Shown: piece by piece, positions 29,127-40,017 of the stretch
How the letters are laid out: each line of letters begins with the position of its first letter
How positions within the stretch are numbered: the first letter of the stretch is position 1
DNA from: Candidatus Omnitrophota bacterium
GTDB lineage: Bacteria > Omnitrophota > Gorgyraeia > Gorgyraeales > Gorgyraeaceae
NCBI GenBank assembly: GCA_030649895.1
Contig: JAUSEX010000040.1
Coordinates: forward strand, 16,839-80,838
DNA length: 64,000 nucleotides
Reading direction: 5' to 3'
Notes under the pieces: model-generated
The model's input: only the letters and a program-made list of their open reading frames with translations
Databases searched by the model: none
Told to the model about the DNA's origin: nothing
Translations under genes and position numbers: made by a program

Positions 29127-29387
29127 CTATGCAACTTTTAATTTTTTCATCAAGCGGGAAATTTTACGTGAGGCGGTATTTTTAGGGATAATGCCTTTTG
29201 ATTGCGCCTTGTCAAGCTGGGATATCAGATAGGCGAGTTGTTTTTTAGCCTCTTCCGTTTTCTTGGAAGAGATAAGGTCTAAAAATTTCTTCGTCTCTGT
29301 CTTGAGCTCGGATTTTACGGATTGGTTGCGTAGGCCCCTTTTGGCGCTTTGTTTTATATCTTTATAAGATGCGTGTAAAATTGGCAT
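29127..29387 (-). CDS. rpsT: 30S ribosomal protein S20
   Basis: MPILHASYKDIKQSAKRGLRNQ...ISRLMKKLK matches S20. The ORF-track start (29423) adds 12 aa not found in S20. Confidence 0.85.
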   Translation of the reverse strand: MPILHASYKDIKQSAKRGLRNQSVKSELKTETKKFLDLISSKKTEEAKKQLAYLISQLDKAQSKGIIPKNTASRKISRLMKKLKVA

Positions 29388-29526
29388 ATATTGCTCCTTT
29401 TTGTGTGAAGAATAAAATAACATATGCTGTTAATTATGTCAAGGGATAATAGTTGCGTTATATTTCTTTCTGGTAGGCTGCCTGTCAAAAGAGCAATAAA
29501 GAAGCAGCGCAGGAAAGCATTGCATA

Positions 29527-31044
29527 ATGTCTAAAAAACATATTATAAAATCAGCCGGGACGATAGGGTTCGCCACAGTGATAAGCAGGGTGCTGGGCTT
29601 TGTGAGGGATATTATCATTGCCAGGTATTTTGGCACAGCCAGGTATGCCGAGGCTTTTGTAGTCGCGTTCCGTATACCGAATATGTTAAGAGATCTGGTG
29701 GGAGAAGGCGCCACGAATGCGGCTTTTGTGCCTGTCTTAAGCGAATATGCGGTGAAGAAAAAAGAAGAGTTCTGGGAACTGGCCAATGTTATATTAAATC
29801 TGTTGCTTGTGACGCTTTCCGCTATAACCGTTGCCGGCATTTTTGCTTCGCCATGGATTGTCAGATTTATGGCCCCGGGTTTTTTGGATGATCCTGAAAA
29901 ATTCGCAATAACAGTAAAGCTGACGCGCCTGATGTTCCCTTATATACTTCTTATCGGCCTGACTGCTTACACAATGGGCGTATTGAATTCTCTAAAGCAT
30001 TTTTCAGCGCCTGCGTTCGGGCCGTGTCTCCTTAATATAGCGATAATAATATGCGCGATCATTTGGGGTGAAAGCGTGATGGGCCTAGTGAGCGGCGTTT
30101 TAATAGGCGGGATACTGCAGCTTGCGGTACAGATACCGGTCTTATATAAAAAAGGTTTCAAGTTTTCGTTTGCAATAAAATTAAACCACCCGGCTGCAAA
30201 TAAAATAGGGACCCTGATGTTGCCACGCGTTATCGGCTCATGCATGTATCAGTTAAACCTGTTTATAAACACTATTTTAGCGTCTTTATCCGGCGTGGTG
30301 GGTTCAGGAGGGGTTGCGGCGCTTTATTATGCAAACAGGATTTTCCAATTTCCTCTGGCCATATTCGGGATTGCAATAGCTCAGGCAGCATTGCCTACCA
30401 TGTCCAGAGAGGCGCTGGAAAAAGAACCGGATAAATTAAAGCTCACGCTTTCTTTTTCATTAAGGGTTATAAATTTTATTATTATTCCAGCCTCAATCGG
30501 TCTTATAGTTCTGGCGGTTCCAATAACGAAAACCTTGTTTGAAAGAGGAAAGTTTGACCAATATTCAACTTTAATTACAGCTAATGCGCTTGTCTTTTAT
30601 TCCATAGGCCTTTTCAGTTATTCCGGGATAAAGATACTTGTAAGTTGTTTTTATTCTCTGCAGGATACGCTTACTCCGGTAAAGATTGCAGGCGCATCGC
30701 TTCTCCTGAATATAGCGCTTAATCTGGCGCTGATGTTTCCTTTAAAGATAGGCGGGTTGGCGCTCGCCGCCTCTATTTCCGGGATTTTTAATTTTTTAGC
30801 GCTTTTTTTTATATTAAGAAATAAGATAGGGCCTCTGGATGGCCGCAGGATACTGAATTCTTTTCTAAAGGTGCTATTGGCAAGCCTGGCAATGGCCGCG
30901 GTTATTTATATATGCGCTTTTAAAATAAACCTGAACCTTTTTATTGTGATATTAATAGCTATGCTAAGCTATGTCGGCGCAACGTTTATTTTTGATGTAA
31001 AAGAGGCGAAGGAATTTTTGTCATGGGCGTCAACGAGAAAATGA
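29527..31044 (+). CDS. murJ: Lipid II flippase MurJ/MviN
   Basis: GFATVISRVLGFVRDIIIARYFGTARYAEAFVVAFRIPNMLRDLVGEGA is the MurJ N-terminal signature; 505 aa polytopic. Confidence 0.85.
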   Translation: MSKKHIIKSAGTIGFATVISRVLGFVRDIIIARYFGTARYAEAFVVAFRIPNMLRDLVGEGATNAAFVPVLSEYAVKKKEEFWELANVILNLLLVTLSAITVAGIFASPWIVRFMAPGFLDDPEKFAITVKLTRLMFPYILLIGLTAYTMGVLNSLKHFSAPAFGPCLLNIAIIICAIIWGESVMGLVSGVLIGGILQLAVQIPVLYKKGFKFSFAIKLNHPAANKIGTLMLPRVIGSCMYQLNLFINTILASLSGVVGSGGVAALYYANRIFQFPLAIFGIAIAQAALPTMSREALEKEPDKLKLTLSFSLRVINFIIIPASIGLIVLAVPITKTLFERGKFDQYSTLITANALVFYSIGLFSYSGIKILVSCFYSLQDTLTPVKIAGASLLLNIALNLALMFPLKIGGLALAASISGIFNFLALFFILRNKIGPLDGRRILNSFLKVLLASLAMAAVIYICAFKINLNLFIVILIAMLSYVGATFIFDVKEAKEFLSWASTRK

Positions 31045-32336
31045 AGCTCCGCGGGTTAAAACCTTCAATTTCCTGTAGCGAATGTATAAAAGATATCCCG
31101 CACCTCCCAGGGGTTTATATTATGAAGGATGCTTCCGGAGAGGCCATTTATATAGGCAAGGCCAAAGACCTTTTTAAAAGGGTGTCCAGCTATTTTCAGG
31201 AATCAAGGCCCAGGACGGCAAAGCTTATATCGTTGTTGGAGAAAGTAAAAGGCCTGGATTACGTGGTTACCGGTTCGGAAGAAGAGGCTCTTATATATGA
31301 AGCGAGCCTGATAAAGGAGAAAAAACCGAGATATAATGTTGAATTAAAAGACGACAAGACCTTCCCTTTTTTAAAAATTGGATTAAACGAAAAGTTCCCG
31401 AGGCTTACCATAACAAGAAAAAAAATAGACGATGGTTCTAGGTACTTTGGGCCTTATACAAAGGTGGGGCTTTTAAGAAACGCTGTAGGCATATTGAAGA
31501 ATATATTTCCTATGCGAATCTGCAAGAGAATGCCCGGCGAGGTATGCCTGGCTTACCATATAGGGCAATGCATGGGCCCGTGCGTGAATAAAGTGGATGA
31601 AGAATCATATAGCGCAATAGTCAGGCAGCTGATTTTATTTCTGGAAGGCAAAAAAACAATATTGATACAGGAATTAACGGACAATATGAAAAGGTTTGCC
31701 GATAAAAAAGATTTTGAGCGGGCTGCAATCATGCGCAACAGGCTGTCAGCCCTTTTGGAGGTATCTGACAGAAAAACAGCCGATTATAGCTCGTGGGGGA
31801 ATGTCGCTTTAAAATTAAAGAAAATCCTGAAGTTAGCTAGCCTGCCGCTAAGGATAGAGGCGTTTGACGTTTCGAATATATCCGGCAAAGAAGCTACTGG
31901 TTCGATGGTTTATTTTAATAACGGCGTGCCGGATAAATCAAATTACAGAAAATTCAGGATAAAAAACGTAAAAGGCGTTGATGATTACGCTATGATGAAA
32001 GAGATTGTCCGCAGAAGGTATAAAAGATTAAAGGAAGAGAACGTAAAATTTCCGGATCTTGTTATAATAGACGGCGGAAAAGGCCATTTGGCCGCAGCGC
32101 ATGAGGAGCTTCTGAAATTAAATCTTAGCCATGTGCCTGTAATAGGCATCGCCAAGCAGGAGGAAAAGATATATACGCTCGATTCATCAAAGCCGCTTGA
32201 TATAAACAGAGACTCGGAGATGTTGCATTTTATACAAAGCGTAAGGGACGAGGCGCACAGGTTTGCGTTGAAGTATCACCACGTTCTTCGCCACAACAAC
32301 TTTACAAATTCCGACTTCGCGAGTCGCCGCAGGTAG
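31041..32336 (+). CDS. uvrC: Excinuclease ABC subunit C, C-terminally short form (no HhH tail)
   Basis: GIY-YIG domain (GVYIMKDASGEAIYIGKAKDLFKRVSSYF), UVR motif, RNase H-like endonuclease region up to DEAHRFA. The gene then ends with a 10-aa tail (TNSDFASRRR) encoded by a family A palindrome; the ~130-aa (HhH)2 region is absent. ATGA overlap with the murJ stop. Confidence 0.7.
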   Translation: MKLRGLKPSISCSECIKDIPHLPGVYIMKDASGEAIYIGKAKDLFKRVSSYFQESRPRTAKLISLLEKVKGLDYVVTGSEEEALIYEASLIKEKKPRYNVELKDDKTFPFLKIGLNEKFPRLTITRKKIDDGSRYFGPYTKVGLLRNAVGILKNIFPMRICKRMPGEVCLAYHIGQCMGPCVNKVDEESYSAIVRQLILFLEGKKTILIQELTDNMKRFADKKDFERAAIMRNRLSALLEVSDRKTADYSSWGNVALKLKKILKLASLPLRIEAFDVSNISGKEATGSMVYFNNGVPDKSNYRKFRIKNVKGVDDYAMMKEIVRRRYKRLKEENVKFPDLVIIDGGKGHLAAAHEELLKLNLSHVPVIGIAKQEEKIYTLDSSKPLDINRDSEMLHFIQSVRDEAHRFALKYHHVLRHNNFTNSDFASRRR

Positions 32337-32354
32337 GCGACTCACGGAGTCGGA
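32310..32354. repeat. Family A palindromic element (copy 2 of 4), spanning the uvrC stop codon
   Basis: TCCGACTTCGCGAGTCGCC-GCAGGTA-GGCGACTCACGGAGTCGGA; the two arm mismatches are C/T transitions compatible with G-U pairing in RNA. Confidence 0.8.
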
Positions 32355-32365
32355 TAGGTACGATA

Positions 32366-32665
32366 ATGGCAAAAGAATTGACACTTTTTGAAGAAAAGGT
32401 ATATACTGTGGTAAAGAAAATACCTTTCGGAGAGGTGAGGTCCTATGCGTGGGTAGCTAAAAAGGCCGGAAGGCCGGCAGCTGCCAGGGCAGTAGGCAAC
32501 GCCCTTAATAAAAATCCCTTTCCTGTTGCAGTCCCATGCCACAGGGTGGTGCATTCAGACGGCTCTATTGGAGAATACGCATTTGGCTGGGATTTGAAAA
32601 GTAGATTATTGGAGACAGAGGATGCTTTCAGAAATAAAGGTAAAATTAAAAGACGCAGAAATTAA
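32366..32665 (+). CDS. ogt: Methylated-DNA-protein-cysteine methyltransferase
   Basis: PCHRVV active-site motif and a winged-helix DNA-binding region; 99 aa. Confidence 0.8.
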   Translation: MAKELTLFEEKVYTVVKKIPFGEVRSYAWVAKKAGRPAAARAVGNALNKNPFPVAVPCHRVVHSDGSIGEYAFGWDLKSRLLETEDAFRNKGKIKRRRN

Positions 32666-33719
32666 ACTAACGGATTTAAAGCTGTATCTGAGCGTAGATA
32701 AGAACGAAATCAGGCTTAAAGAATTAGAAACTCAGCTTGCGAATCCGGGTTTCTGGGATGACCAGGAGAAATCGAGGCCTGTTATCCAGGAGTTAAAAGC
32801 GGCGCGCGCCATACTGGATCCTTATTTTGAAGTCAGGAAAGAACTTGATGAGCTTGGGGAGCTGGCTGTTGTGCTTGATGAAGAGGACAAAGGTTCGATA
32901 AGAGAGGTTTTGGAAGCCCTGGACAGGCTAGCTAAAAAATTGGAAGCCCTGGAATTTAAAAGCCTTTTAAACAGTGAAAGCGATATGAGCAATGCTATCG
33001 TCAGCATACATTCAGGCGCAGGCGGGACTGAGTCCTGCGATTGGGCCAGTATGCTTTTAAGGATGTATTCGATGTGGGCTGAAAAAAAAGGTTATAAGAT
33101 TGAAATGATTGATATGCTGCAGGGCGAAGAGGCGGGCTTGAAAAGCGTGGATCTTATAATAACAGGGCCTTATGCGTACGGGTATCTTAAGTCGGAAAAA
33201 GGTGTGCATAGGCTTGTCAGGATTTCCCCTTTTGACTCTAATAAAAGGCGGCATACGTCTTTCGCGTCCGTGGATGTTATCCCGGAAATTGCAGACGATA
33301 TAGTGATAGAGATAAATGAAACGGATTTAAAGATCGATACTTACAGGGCAGGAGGCAAGGGCGGGCAGAATGTAAACAAATTGGAAACCGCGGTCAGGAT
33401 TACGCATGTTCCTACGGGTATCGTTGTGCAGTGCCAGAAGGAAAGGTCTCAGTTTAAAAATAAAACCCTTGCGATGAAGGTGTTGAAGGCAAAGCTTTAC
33501 GAACTGAAGATGGATGAAAAGAAAAAAGAACTGGAAAAAGAATACGCCAAGAAACAGAAGATAGAATGGGGAAGCCAGATACGCTCGTATGTTATGCACC
33601 CGTATTCAATGATAAAGGACCACAGGACCGAACACGAGACGTCTAACGTTGATGCGGTAATGAGCGGCGAGTTGGACGAATTTATGGAAACATTTTTAAA
33701 ATGGAAGGTAAACAACTAG
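32622..33719 (+). CDS. prfB: Peptide chain release factor 2
   Basis: SPF tripeptide ([15 protein letters not shown]), GGQ motif ([11 protein letters not shown]). The contiguous ORF needs no programmed +1 frameshift. 44-nt overlap with the ogt 3' end. Confidence 0.85.
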   Translation: MLSEIKVKLKDAEIKLTDLKLYLSVDKNEIRLKELETQLANPGFWDDQEKSRPVIQELKAARAILDPYFEVRKELDELGELAVVLDEEDKGSIREVLEALDRLAKKLEALEFKSLLNSESDMSNAIVSIHSGAGGTESCDWASMLLRMYSMWAEKKGYKIEMIDMLQGEEAGLKSVDLIITGPYAYGYLKSEKGVHRLVRISPFDSNKRRHTSFASVDVIPEIADDIVIEINETDLKIDTYRAGGKGGQNVNKLETAVRITHVPTGIVVQCQKERSQFKNKTLAMKVLKAKLYELKMDEKKKELEKEYAKKQKIEWGSQIRSYVMHPYSMIKDHRTEHETSNVDAVMSGELDEFMETFLKWKVNN

Positions 33720-33758
33720 AAAACCAGTAATTTAACGGCCCCTAACGCGCCGAAATAT

Positions 33759-36533
33759 ATGATTAATTGGATATTGAGCAAGTTTATAGGAACGCAGAAT
33801 GAACGTGAGATCAAAAGGCTGAAACCTCTGGTAGATAAGATAAATTCTTTCGAACCGCAGGTTCAGAAACTTCCTGACTCAGAACTGCGCCGGAAAACAG
33901 ATGAGTTTCGCAAAAGGCTGGCGGGCGGGGAGACTGTAGACGATATTTTACCCGAAGCTTTCAGCGTAGTGCGGGAGGTATCGAAGCGCACAGTCCGCAT
34001 GAGACATTTCGATAACCAGCTTATCGGCGGCATAGTATTGCATCAGGGAAAAATCAGCGAGATGGCGACGGGAGAAGGAAAAACCCTGGTCGCGACTCTG
34101 CCCGCTTATCTAAATGCCTTGAGCGGGAAAGGCGTTCATATAATAACCGTTAATGATTATCTTGCGCACAGGGACAGAGACTGGATGGGCCCGATATATG
34201 AATTTTTGGGGCTTACGGTAGGGGTTATACAGCATGATATGGATCCGCAGCTGAGGCAGATTGCCTATGGAAGCGACATTACTTACGGTACGAATAATGA
34301 ATATGGTTTTGACTATCTAAGGGACAACATGGTTGTCAGGAAAGAGGAGATGGTCCAGCGCGAATTGAATTATGCGATCGTGGACGAGGTAGACAGCATT
34401 CTTATAGACGAGGCGCGTACCCCGCTTATTATCTCAGGGCCTTCGGACGAGTCCACTGATAAGTATTATATTTGCGATAAAATCGTGCCGAGACTCAAAG
34501 GACGGATTATTTTAGAAAAAGATGAGATAGACGCAAAATTTAAAGGCATAGACCTGTCAAAAGGCTATGATTACATTGTAGATGAAAAAGCGAACACGGC
34601 GCATCTTACGGAAGACGGAGAGATTAAAGCGGCTAAAATGCTCGGCGTGGATAACATGCATGATATAGCTACCATGGAATACCGTCATCACATGATCCAG
34701 GCCTTGAAGGCTCATAATCTTTTTGATAAGGATGTAGATTATGTCGTAAAAGACGGCGAGGTTATTATCGTGGATGAATTTACGGGCCGCTTGATGCCGG
34801 GGAGAAGATGGTCCGATGGCCTTCATCAGGCGATAGAGGCAAAAGAAGGGATGAAAATAGAGAGAGAAAATCAGACGCTTGCCACAATCACATTTCAGAA
34901 TTATTTCAGGATGTATAAAAAACTCGCTGGCATGACAGGCACTGCAATGACAGAGGCCGGAGAATTCAGCCACATTTATAAATTGGATACAGTCTCGATA
35001 CCTACTAACAGGCCTTTAATAAGATTAAATCATCCGGATGTTATTTATAAAACGGAAAAAGAAAAATTTAACGCAGCGTGTAACGAGATAGAGGAACTAT
35101 ATAAGAAGGGAAGGCCGGTTCTGGTGGGGACTATCTCAATAGAAAAGTCAGAACGCATGAGCTCTATTTTAAAAAGGCGCGGGATCCCGCATAATGTCTT
35201 AAATGCAAAATATCACGAGATGGAAGCGACTATCGTGGCTCAGGCGGGAAGGCTGGGCGGGGTTACCATTGCCACGAATATGGCGGGCCGCGGGACAGAT
35301 ATTTTACTCGGCGGAAATCCCGAATTCATGGTCAATGACTGGATGAAGGCAAAAGGCGTGGGGCCTAAAGACGTGAGCCTGGAGGAGCGCGAGAAATGGC
35401 TGGTTGAGGCGAGAGAAAAAGTAAAAGAAGAACACGACAAGGTTGTGGGCTTGAGCGGGCTGCATATCATGGGAACCGAACGCCATGAATCCCGTCGCGT
35501 GGACAATCAGCTACGAGGCCGTTCAGGCAGGCAGGGCGATCCGGGCTCGTCTAAATTTTATATATCTTTAGAGGATGACCTGATGCGGCTTTTTGGGTCG
35601 GACAGGATCTCTTCGATTTATGACAGGCTTGGCATAGAAGAGGGCCAGGATATCCAGCACCCTCTTATAAGCAGGGCTATCGAGGTTGCCCAGAAAAGGG
35701 TTGAGCAGCATAATTTTGATATTCGTAAACATGTGCTTGAATATGATAACGTGATGAATAAACAGAGAGAGGTTATTTACGAAGAGAGAAAAAAAATTCT
35801 GACGGGCGATAATGCCAGAGAGCATATTTATGAGATAGTAGAAGAAGTCCTGGATGATGCGATAGTTACTTATATGAATCCTGATATGCACAAGGCTGAT
35901 TGGAAATATGCGGAATTCAATGAGTGGCTCTGGTCAAAGTTCAATATAAGGATACAGGATATGGAAGAAATAACGGAAGGAAAAGATTCCGAAGCTATCC
36001 TGGACTATTTTATAGAAATAGTAAAGTCAGCATACGTGGAAAAAGAAAAAAATATGCCGCCTGGTTTAATGACGCATATTGAAAAGATGATCATGCTGCA
36101 GGTTATTGACACAAAATGGAAAGACCATCTTCACGCAATGGATATCCTCAGGGAAGGGATAGGCCTCAGGGCGTATGGCCAGCGCGACCCGCTCATAGAG
36201 TATCAGCACGAAGGCTATGACATGTTTATGGCAATGATAGAAAGCGTAAAACATGAGACGATAGAATTTTTATTTAAGGTTCAGGCGGCGAGAGAAGAAA
36301 GTCCTATAAGAGGCGTGTTCCAGTCTTTGCCGCGGGAATTTATAAAGTCAGAAGCAGCCCCGATGTCTAAAATTCCTGCGCCCCAGGTGCAAAGAGGAGA
36401 GGATTTTAAGGAAGGGCTTAACGAAGAACGCCCGTCGGTGGAACAGTATAAACGTTCTGAGTTAAAAGTTGGCCGTAATGACCCATGCACGTGCGGCAGC
36501 GGCAAAAAATATAAAAAATGCTGTGGGAAATAA
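33759..36533 (+). CDS. secA: Preprotein translocase ATPase SecA
   Basis: 924 aa; SecA N-terminal motor motifs and a C-terminal zinc-binding [15 protein letters not shown]. Confidence 0.95.
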   Translation: MINWILSKFIGTQNEREIKRLKPLVDKINSFEPQVQKLPDSELRRKTDEFRKRLAGGETVDDILPEAFSVVREVSKRTVRMRHFDNQLIGGIVLHQGKISEMATGEGKTLVATLPAYLNALSGKGVHIITVNDYLAHRDRDWMGPIYEFLGLTVGVIQHDMDPQLRQIAYGSDITYGTNNEYGFDYLRDNMVVRKEEMVQRELNYAIVDEVDSILIDEARTPLIISGPSDESTDKYYICDKIVPRLKGRIILEKDEIDAKFKGIDLSKGYDYIVDEKANTAHLTEDGEIKAAKMLGVDNMHDIATMEYRHHMIQALKAHNLFDKDVDYVVKDGEVIIVDEFTGRLMPGRRWSDGLHQAIEAKEGMKIERENQTLATITFQNYFRMYKKLAGMTGTAMTEAGEFSHIYKLDTVSIPTNRPLIRLNHPDVIYKTEKEKFNAACNEIEELYKKGRPVLVGTISIEKSERMSSILKRRGIPHNVLNAKYHEMEATIVAQAGRLGGVTIATNMAGRGTDILLGGNPEFMVNDWMKAKGVGPKDVSLEEREKWLVEAREKVKEEHDKVVGLSGLHIMGTERHESRRVDNQLRGRSGRQGDPGSSKFYISLEDDLMRLFGSDRISSIYDRLGIEEGQDIQHPLISRAIEVAQKRVEQHNFDIRKHVLEYDNVMNKQREVIYEERKKILTGDNAREHIYEIVEEVLDDAIVTYMNPDMHKADWKYAEFNEWLWSKFNIRIQDMEEITEGKDSEAILDYFIEIVKSAYVEKEKNMPPGLMTHIEKMIMLQVIDTKWKDHLHAMDILREGIGLRAYGQRDPLIEYQHEGYDMFMAMIESVKHETIEFLFKVQAAREESPIRGVFQSLPREFIKSEAAPMSKIPAPQVQRGEDFKEGLNEERPSVEQYKRSELKVGRNDPCTCGSGKKYKKCCGK

Positions 36534-36542
36534 TTTTACCTG

Positions 36543-36586
36543 TCCGACTCCTTGAGTCGCCCCTCATGGCGACTCAAGGAGTCGGA
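36543..36586. repeat. Family A palindromic element (copy 3 of 4), secA-lnt intergenic
   Basis: TCCGACTCCTTGAGTCGCC-CCTCAT-GGCGACTCAAGGAGTCGGA; a CGTG to CTTG change in one arm is mirrored by CACG to CAAG in the other. Confidence 0.85.
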
Positions 36587-36596
36587 TATAGGTCAT

Positions 36597-38075
36597 ATGC
36601 CACTTTTAATACTTTCTGCGATACTATTAATTCTTTCTTTCCCGAATTTTAATCTCAGTTTTTTTGCCTATATCGGTTTTGTCCCTCTTTTTTTTGCAAT
36701 AGAAAACAAATCTCCAAAAAAGGCATTTTTCATTTCCTATGTTTTTGGGTTTATTTTTTATCTGGGGACTTTATATTGGCTGTATCATGTGACAACCGTC
36801 GGGCTTATTAGCCTTTGTTTATATTTGGCGTTATATTTCGGAGCGTTTGGATTTATTCTTCGAGCGAGGTCGAGAAGAATAAATTGGATAGCTCTCGATT
36901 CTGCGCCTTCGGCGTCGCGCTTGAGCAGTAGTATTAATTTTCTGCTTATTCCTGTTATATGGGTTATTCTCGAATATATTCAGGCAAATATTCCAATTAT
37001 GGGTTTTGGCTGGGCGTTGCTGGGATATTCGCAGTATAGAAATTTGCCCCTGATTCAAATAGCTGATTTTTCAGGAGTGTATGGCGTTTCATTTGTAATA
37101 ATGATGGTGAATGTAGCAATTTGGCATGTCATTGCGAGATTGCGCGTTCGCTTCGCTCAGCGTAAACTCCACAGTTGGAGTAATCCCGTTAAAAAGGTTG
37201 CTTCGTCGTCCTTCGGCCTTCTCGCGGCGACAGGTTTAGTTTTGATGGCTGTATACAGTTACGGATTTTTTAAGCTAAACGAAAACCATGAGTCTGACTC
37301 AATAAAAATTTCAGTTGTACAGGGCAATATCCCGCAAGAGCTTAAATGGGATCCGGAGGCTCAGGATATGATAATTGAAAAATACGCTGCTCTTACAAAA
37401 ATGGCAGCGCTGGATAATCCTGATTTAATAGTCTGGCCAGAGACGTCTTTCCCAGGATTTTTTGAGATAGACAAAGATCTGACCGATAAGGTTTTAAGTT
37501 TGGCTAGGGAGATAAAAATTCCACTTTTACTGGGAGTTAATACGGAGAAGGATGAAAAATATTTCAATAGCGCAGCGCTGGTTTCAGAAGATGGCAGAAT
37601 GACAGATAAATACGATAAAATTCATTTAGTCCCATTCGGAGAATATGTCCCATTTTCGAATAGATTTTCAGCGTTGCATAAGCTAGTACTGGGTGAGCTT
37701 GGAGAATTTACTCCGGGAAAGGAATTTAAGTCCTTTAGCCTTCAGCCTTTAGCCTTCAGCCAAGCTGTTAAATTCTCCGCCTTAATTTGCTTTGAGGATA
37801 TTTTTCCGGAAATTTCTAAAGAGTTTGTTAAAAATGGAGCCAGGTTCCTGGTTGTTATTACGAATGACGCATGGTATGGTAGAAGCGGGGCAGCGTACCA
37901 GCACGCAGCGTGTTCAGTTTTTAGAGCTATTGAAAATAGAGTCCCTGTAGTAAGATGCGCCAATACAGGTTATTCCTGTTTTATAGACCCCAGAGGCAGA
38001 ATTTACGATAGCGTAGAAGAGAAATCGACCAACCTGTTTATCTCCGGCTACAAAACCTCAACTTGCCGGTTCTAG
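36597..38075 (+). CDS. lnt: Apolipoprotein N-acyltransferase
   Basis: N-terminal polytopic membrane domain plus a CN-hydrolase domain (KISVVQGNIPQELKWDPE...ICFEDIFPE). The start is moved to the first ATG after the repeat; the ORF-track TTG start at 36552 reads through the palindrome. Confidence 0.75.
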   Translation: MPLLILSAILLILSFPNFNLSFFAYIGFVPLFFAIENKSPKKAFFISYVFGFIFYLGTLYWLYHVTTVGLISLCLYLALYFGAFGFILRARSRRINWIALDSAPSASRLSSSINFLLIPVIWVILEYIQANIPIMGFGWALLGYSQYRNLPLIQIADFSGVYGVSFVIMMVNVAIWHVIARLRVRFAQRKLHSWSNPVKKVASSSFGLLAATGLVLMAVYSYGFFKLNENHESDSIKISVVQGNIPQELKWDPEAQDMIIEKYAALTKMAALDNPDLIVWPETSFPGFFEIDKDLTDKVLSLAREIKIPLLLGVNTEKDEKYFNSAALVSEDGRMTDKYDKIHLVPFGEYVPFSNRFSALHKLVLGELGEFTPGKEFKSFSLQPLAFSQAVKFSALICFEDIFPEISKEFVKNGARFLVVITNDAWYGRSGAAYQHAACSVFRAIENRVPVVRCANTGYSCFIDPRGRIYDSVEEKSTNLFISGYKTSTCRF

Positions 38076-38202
38076 TTTTAATAGAGATTTATTTCTGAAA
38101 AAAAATAGTTATTGGAAATATGTTGACATGATGTTTCAACATAGATATAATCTACTTTCTTTTAAATTAATTTTACTAAACTTTTCAGAAAGGAGAATTG
38201 GC

Positions 38203-38334
38203 GTGGCTAGGTTTAAGTTGTACTTTCTTATATTTGCCTGTCTGGTTATTTCTATAGCTTTTTCAGGTTGCGGAACTATAAAGGGGATAGGTAATGATAT
38301 TAGCGTGATAGGAGGCATATTGAATAGGGTTTAA
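38203..38334 (+). CDS. Entericidin-like small lipoprotein
   Basis: AGGAG SD then GTG; signal peptide with lipobox FSGCGTIKGIGNDISVIGG matching the entericidin EcnA/B pattern GC-T--G-G-DI---G. Confidence 0.45.
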   Translation: MARFKLYFLIFACLVISIAFSGCGTIKGIGNDISVIGGILNRV

Positions 38335-38507
38335 ATGCGAATCTAAGAGCAAGATATGTAATGGTAAAAAATAGAAGGCCTTGTCTTTTTTATCCCAAAC
38401 TATAAAATTTCAGTCGTAAATATTAAGTAAGCATTTATCTAAAACAGCTTTATGGACCAATAATGTTGATTCATAGAGCTGTTTGCTAGTCTTCCCGCCT
38501 AATTATA

Positions 38508-38537
38508 TTGACACCTATATAGCATATAATATATAAT
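38508..38537 (+). promoter_or_regulatory. Promoter TTGACA-N18-TATAAT upstream of lysS
   Basis: Hexamers seen directly about 25 nt upstream of the lysS SD. Confidence 0.4.
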
Positions 38538-38560
38538 TAAACAAAAACAGGGAGTTGGTC

Positions 38561-40003
38561 ATGGAAGAGATGAATGAGTATATGCAGCAGCGCATTGATA
38601 AGTTAAATGCTCTCAAGGAGATAGGCGCTGAGGCATACGGCAGAAGGTTTGATAAGCCTCTCAGCATAGAAGCAATGCTTAAAGATGCCAAAGAAGGCGA
38701 TCCTGTTCAGACAGCAGGCCGCATTACTGCTTTAAGGGAACATGGAAAATCCAGCTTTATAGACCTTAGAGATTCAAGCGAAAGGATTCAGGTCTATATC
38801 AAGGTTGATACAATAGGCAAAGATACATACGCTAATATATTTAAAAGATTAGATATAGGGGATATATTGGGCGTTAAGGGAAAGTTCTTTAAGACCCACA
38901 CAGGCCAAATTACCATAAATGCGGAAGAAATCACTATTCTTGCCAAAGGCCTGAGGCCTTTGCCTGAAAAATGGCATGGCCTGAAGGATGTAGATACCAG
39001 GTACAGACAGAGATATGTGGATTTGATAGTAAACGAAGAGGTGCGCAAGGTTTTTCAGGTTCGCAGCCGAGTTATTTCTAAAATAAGGGAGATGCTTGAT
39101 AAAAAGGGATTTATGGAGGTTGAAACGCCTATGATGCAGTCAATGGCAGGAGGCGCCGCAGGAGATCCTTTTAAGACGCATCACAATGCCCTTGATATTG
39201 ATTTATATTTGCGCCTGGCCCCGGAATTATATTTAAAAAGATTGCTGGTGGGCGGGTTTGATAAGGTTTACGAGCTCAATAGAAATTTCAGGAACGAAGG
39301 TATTTCAATAAGGCATAATCCTGAATTTACTATGATAGAAATATATCAGGCTTATTCTGATTGTGACGGCATGATGCAGCTTACAGAAGAGATTTTTAAT
39401 TTTGTTGCGAACGAAGTCCTCGGAACCAATAAGATAAAATACGGGGAAGAGCTTATTGACCTGACTCCGCCCTGGCCAAGATGGTCATTTGCTGAAGAGA
39501 TAAAAAGGAAATTTGACATAAATCCGGACGATTCTTCCGAGGCGTGGATAAAAAAGCTTAAGGCCAAAGGCGTAGATTTTAAGGCCAAGGATATTACGCG
39601 GTCTCAGATAGCCAATATTATCACAGAAATGCTGGAGCCTGAAACAGGGGACAGGCCTATCTTTGTAGTGGATTTATTTGCCGAGCTATGCCCTCTGGCA
39701 AAAAGAAAAAAAGATAGCCCGCTTTTAACAGACAGGTTTGAGCTTTTCATGGGCGGAATGGAGATCGCAAATGCGTATTCGGAATTAAACGACCCTATAG
39801 AGCAGAAAAAAAGATTTGAAGAGCAGCTGATAGGGCAGGAAGGCGTAAAGAAAATAGACGAGGATTTCGTAAGGGCTCTTGAATACGGGATGCCGCCGGC
39901 AGGCGGGCTTGGGATAGGTATAGACAGAATGATAATGCTTTTAGCAAACCAGCCGTCTATACGGGATGTAATTTTATTTCCGCAGCTTAAACCGGAAGCA
40001 TAA
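38561..40003 (+). CDS. lysS: Lysyl-tRNA synthetase, class II
   Basis: N-terminal OB anticodon-binding domain and class II catalytic motifs (e.g. GMPPAGGLGIGIDRMIMLL); GGGAG SD before the ATG at 38561. Confidence 0.9.
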   Translation: MEEMNEYMQQRIDKLNALKEIGAEAYGRRFDKPLSIEAMLKDAKEGDPVQTAGRITALREHGKSSFIDLRDSSERIQVYIKVDTIGKDTYANIFKRLDIGDILGVKGKFFKTHTGQITINAEEITILAKGLRPLPEKWHGLKDVDTRYRQRYVDLIVNEEVRKVFQVRSRVISKIREMLDKKGFMEVETPMMQSMAGGAAGDPFKTHHNALDIDLYLRLAPELYLKRLLVGGFDKVYELNRNFRNEGISIRHNPEFTMIEIYQAYSDCDGMMQLTEEIFNFVANEVLGTNKIKYGEELIDLTPPWPRWSFAEEIKRKFDINPDDSSEAWIKKLKAKGVDFKAKDITRSQIANIITEMLEPETGDRPIFVVDLFAELCPLAKRKKDSPLLTDRFELFMGGMEIANAYSELNDPIEQKKRFEEQLIGQEGVKKIDEDFVRALEYGMPPAGGLGIGIDRMIMLLANQPSIRDVILFPQLKPEA

Positions 40004-40017
40004 CGTAGAGGCAAGGT

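Noticed and set aside
29388-29526. Divergent promoter for rpsT on the minus strand (TTGACA at 29442-29437)
   Set aside because: The -35 is good, but the candidate -10 (TATTTT or TTATTT) is weak and the spacing ambiguous; too uncertain to list as a feature.
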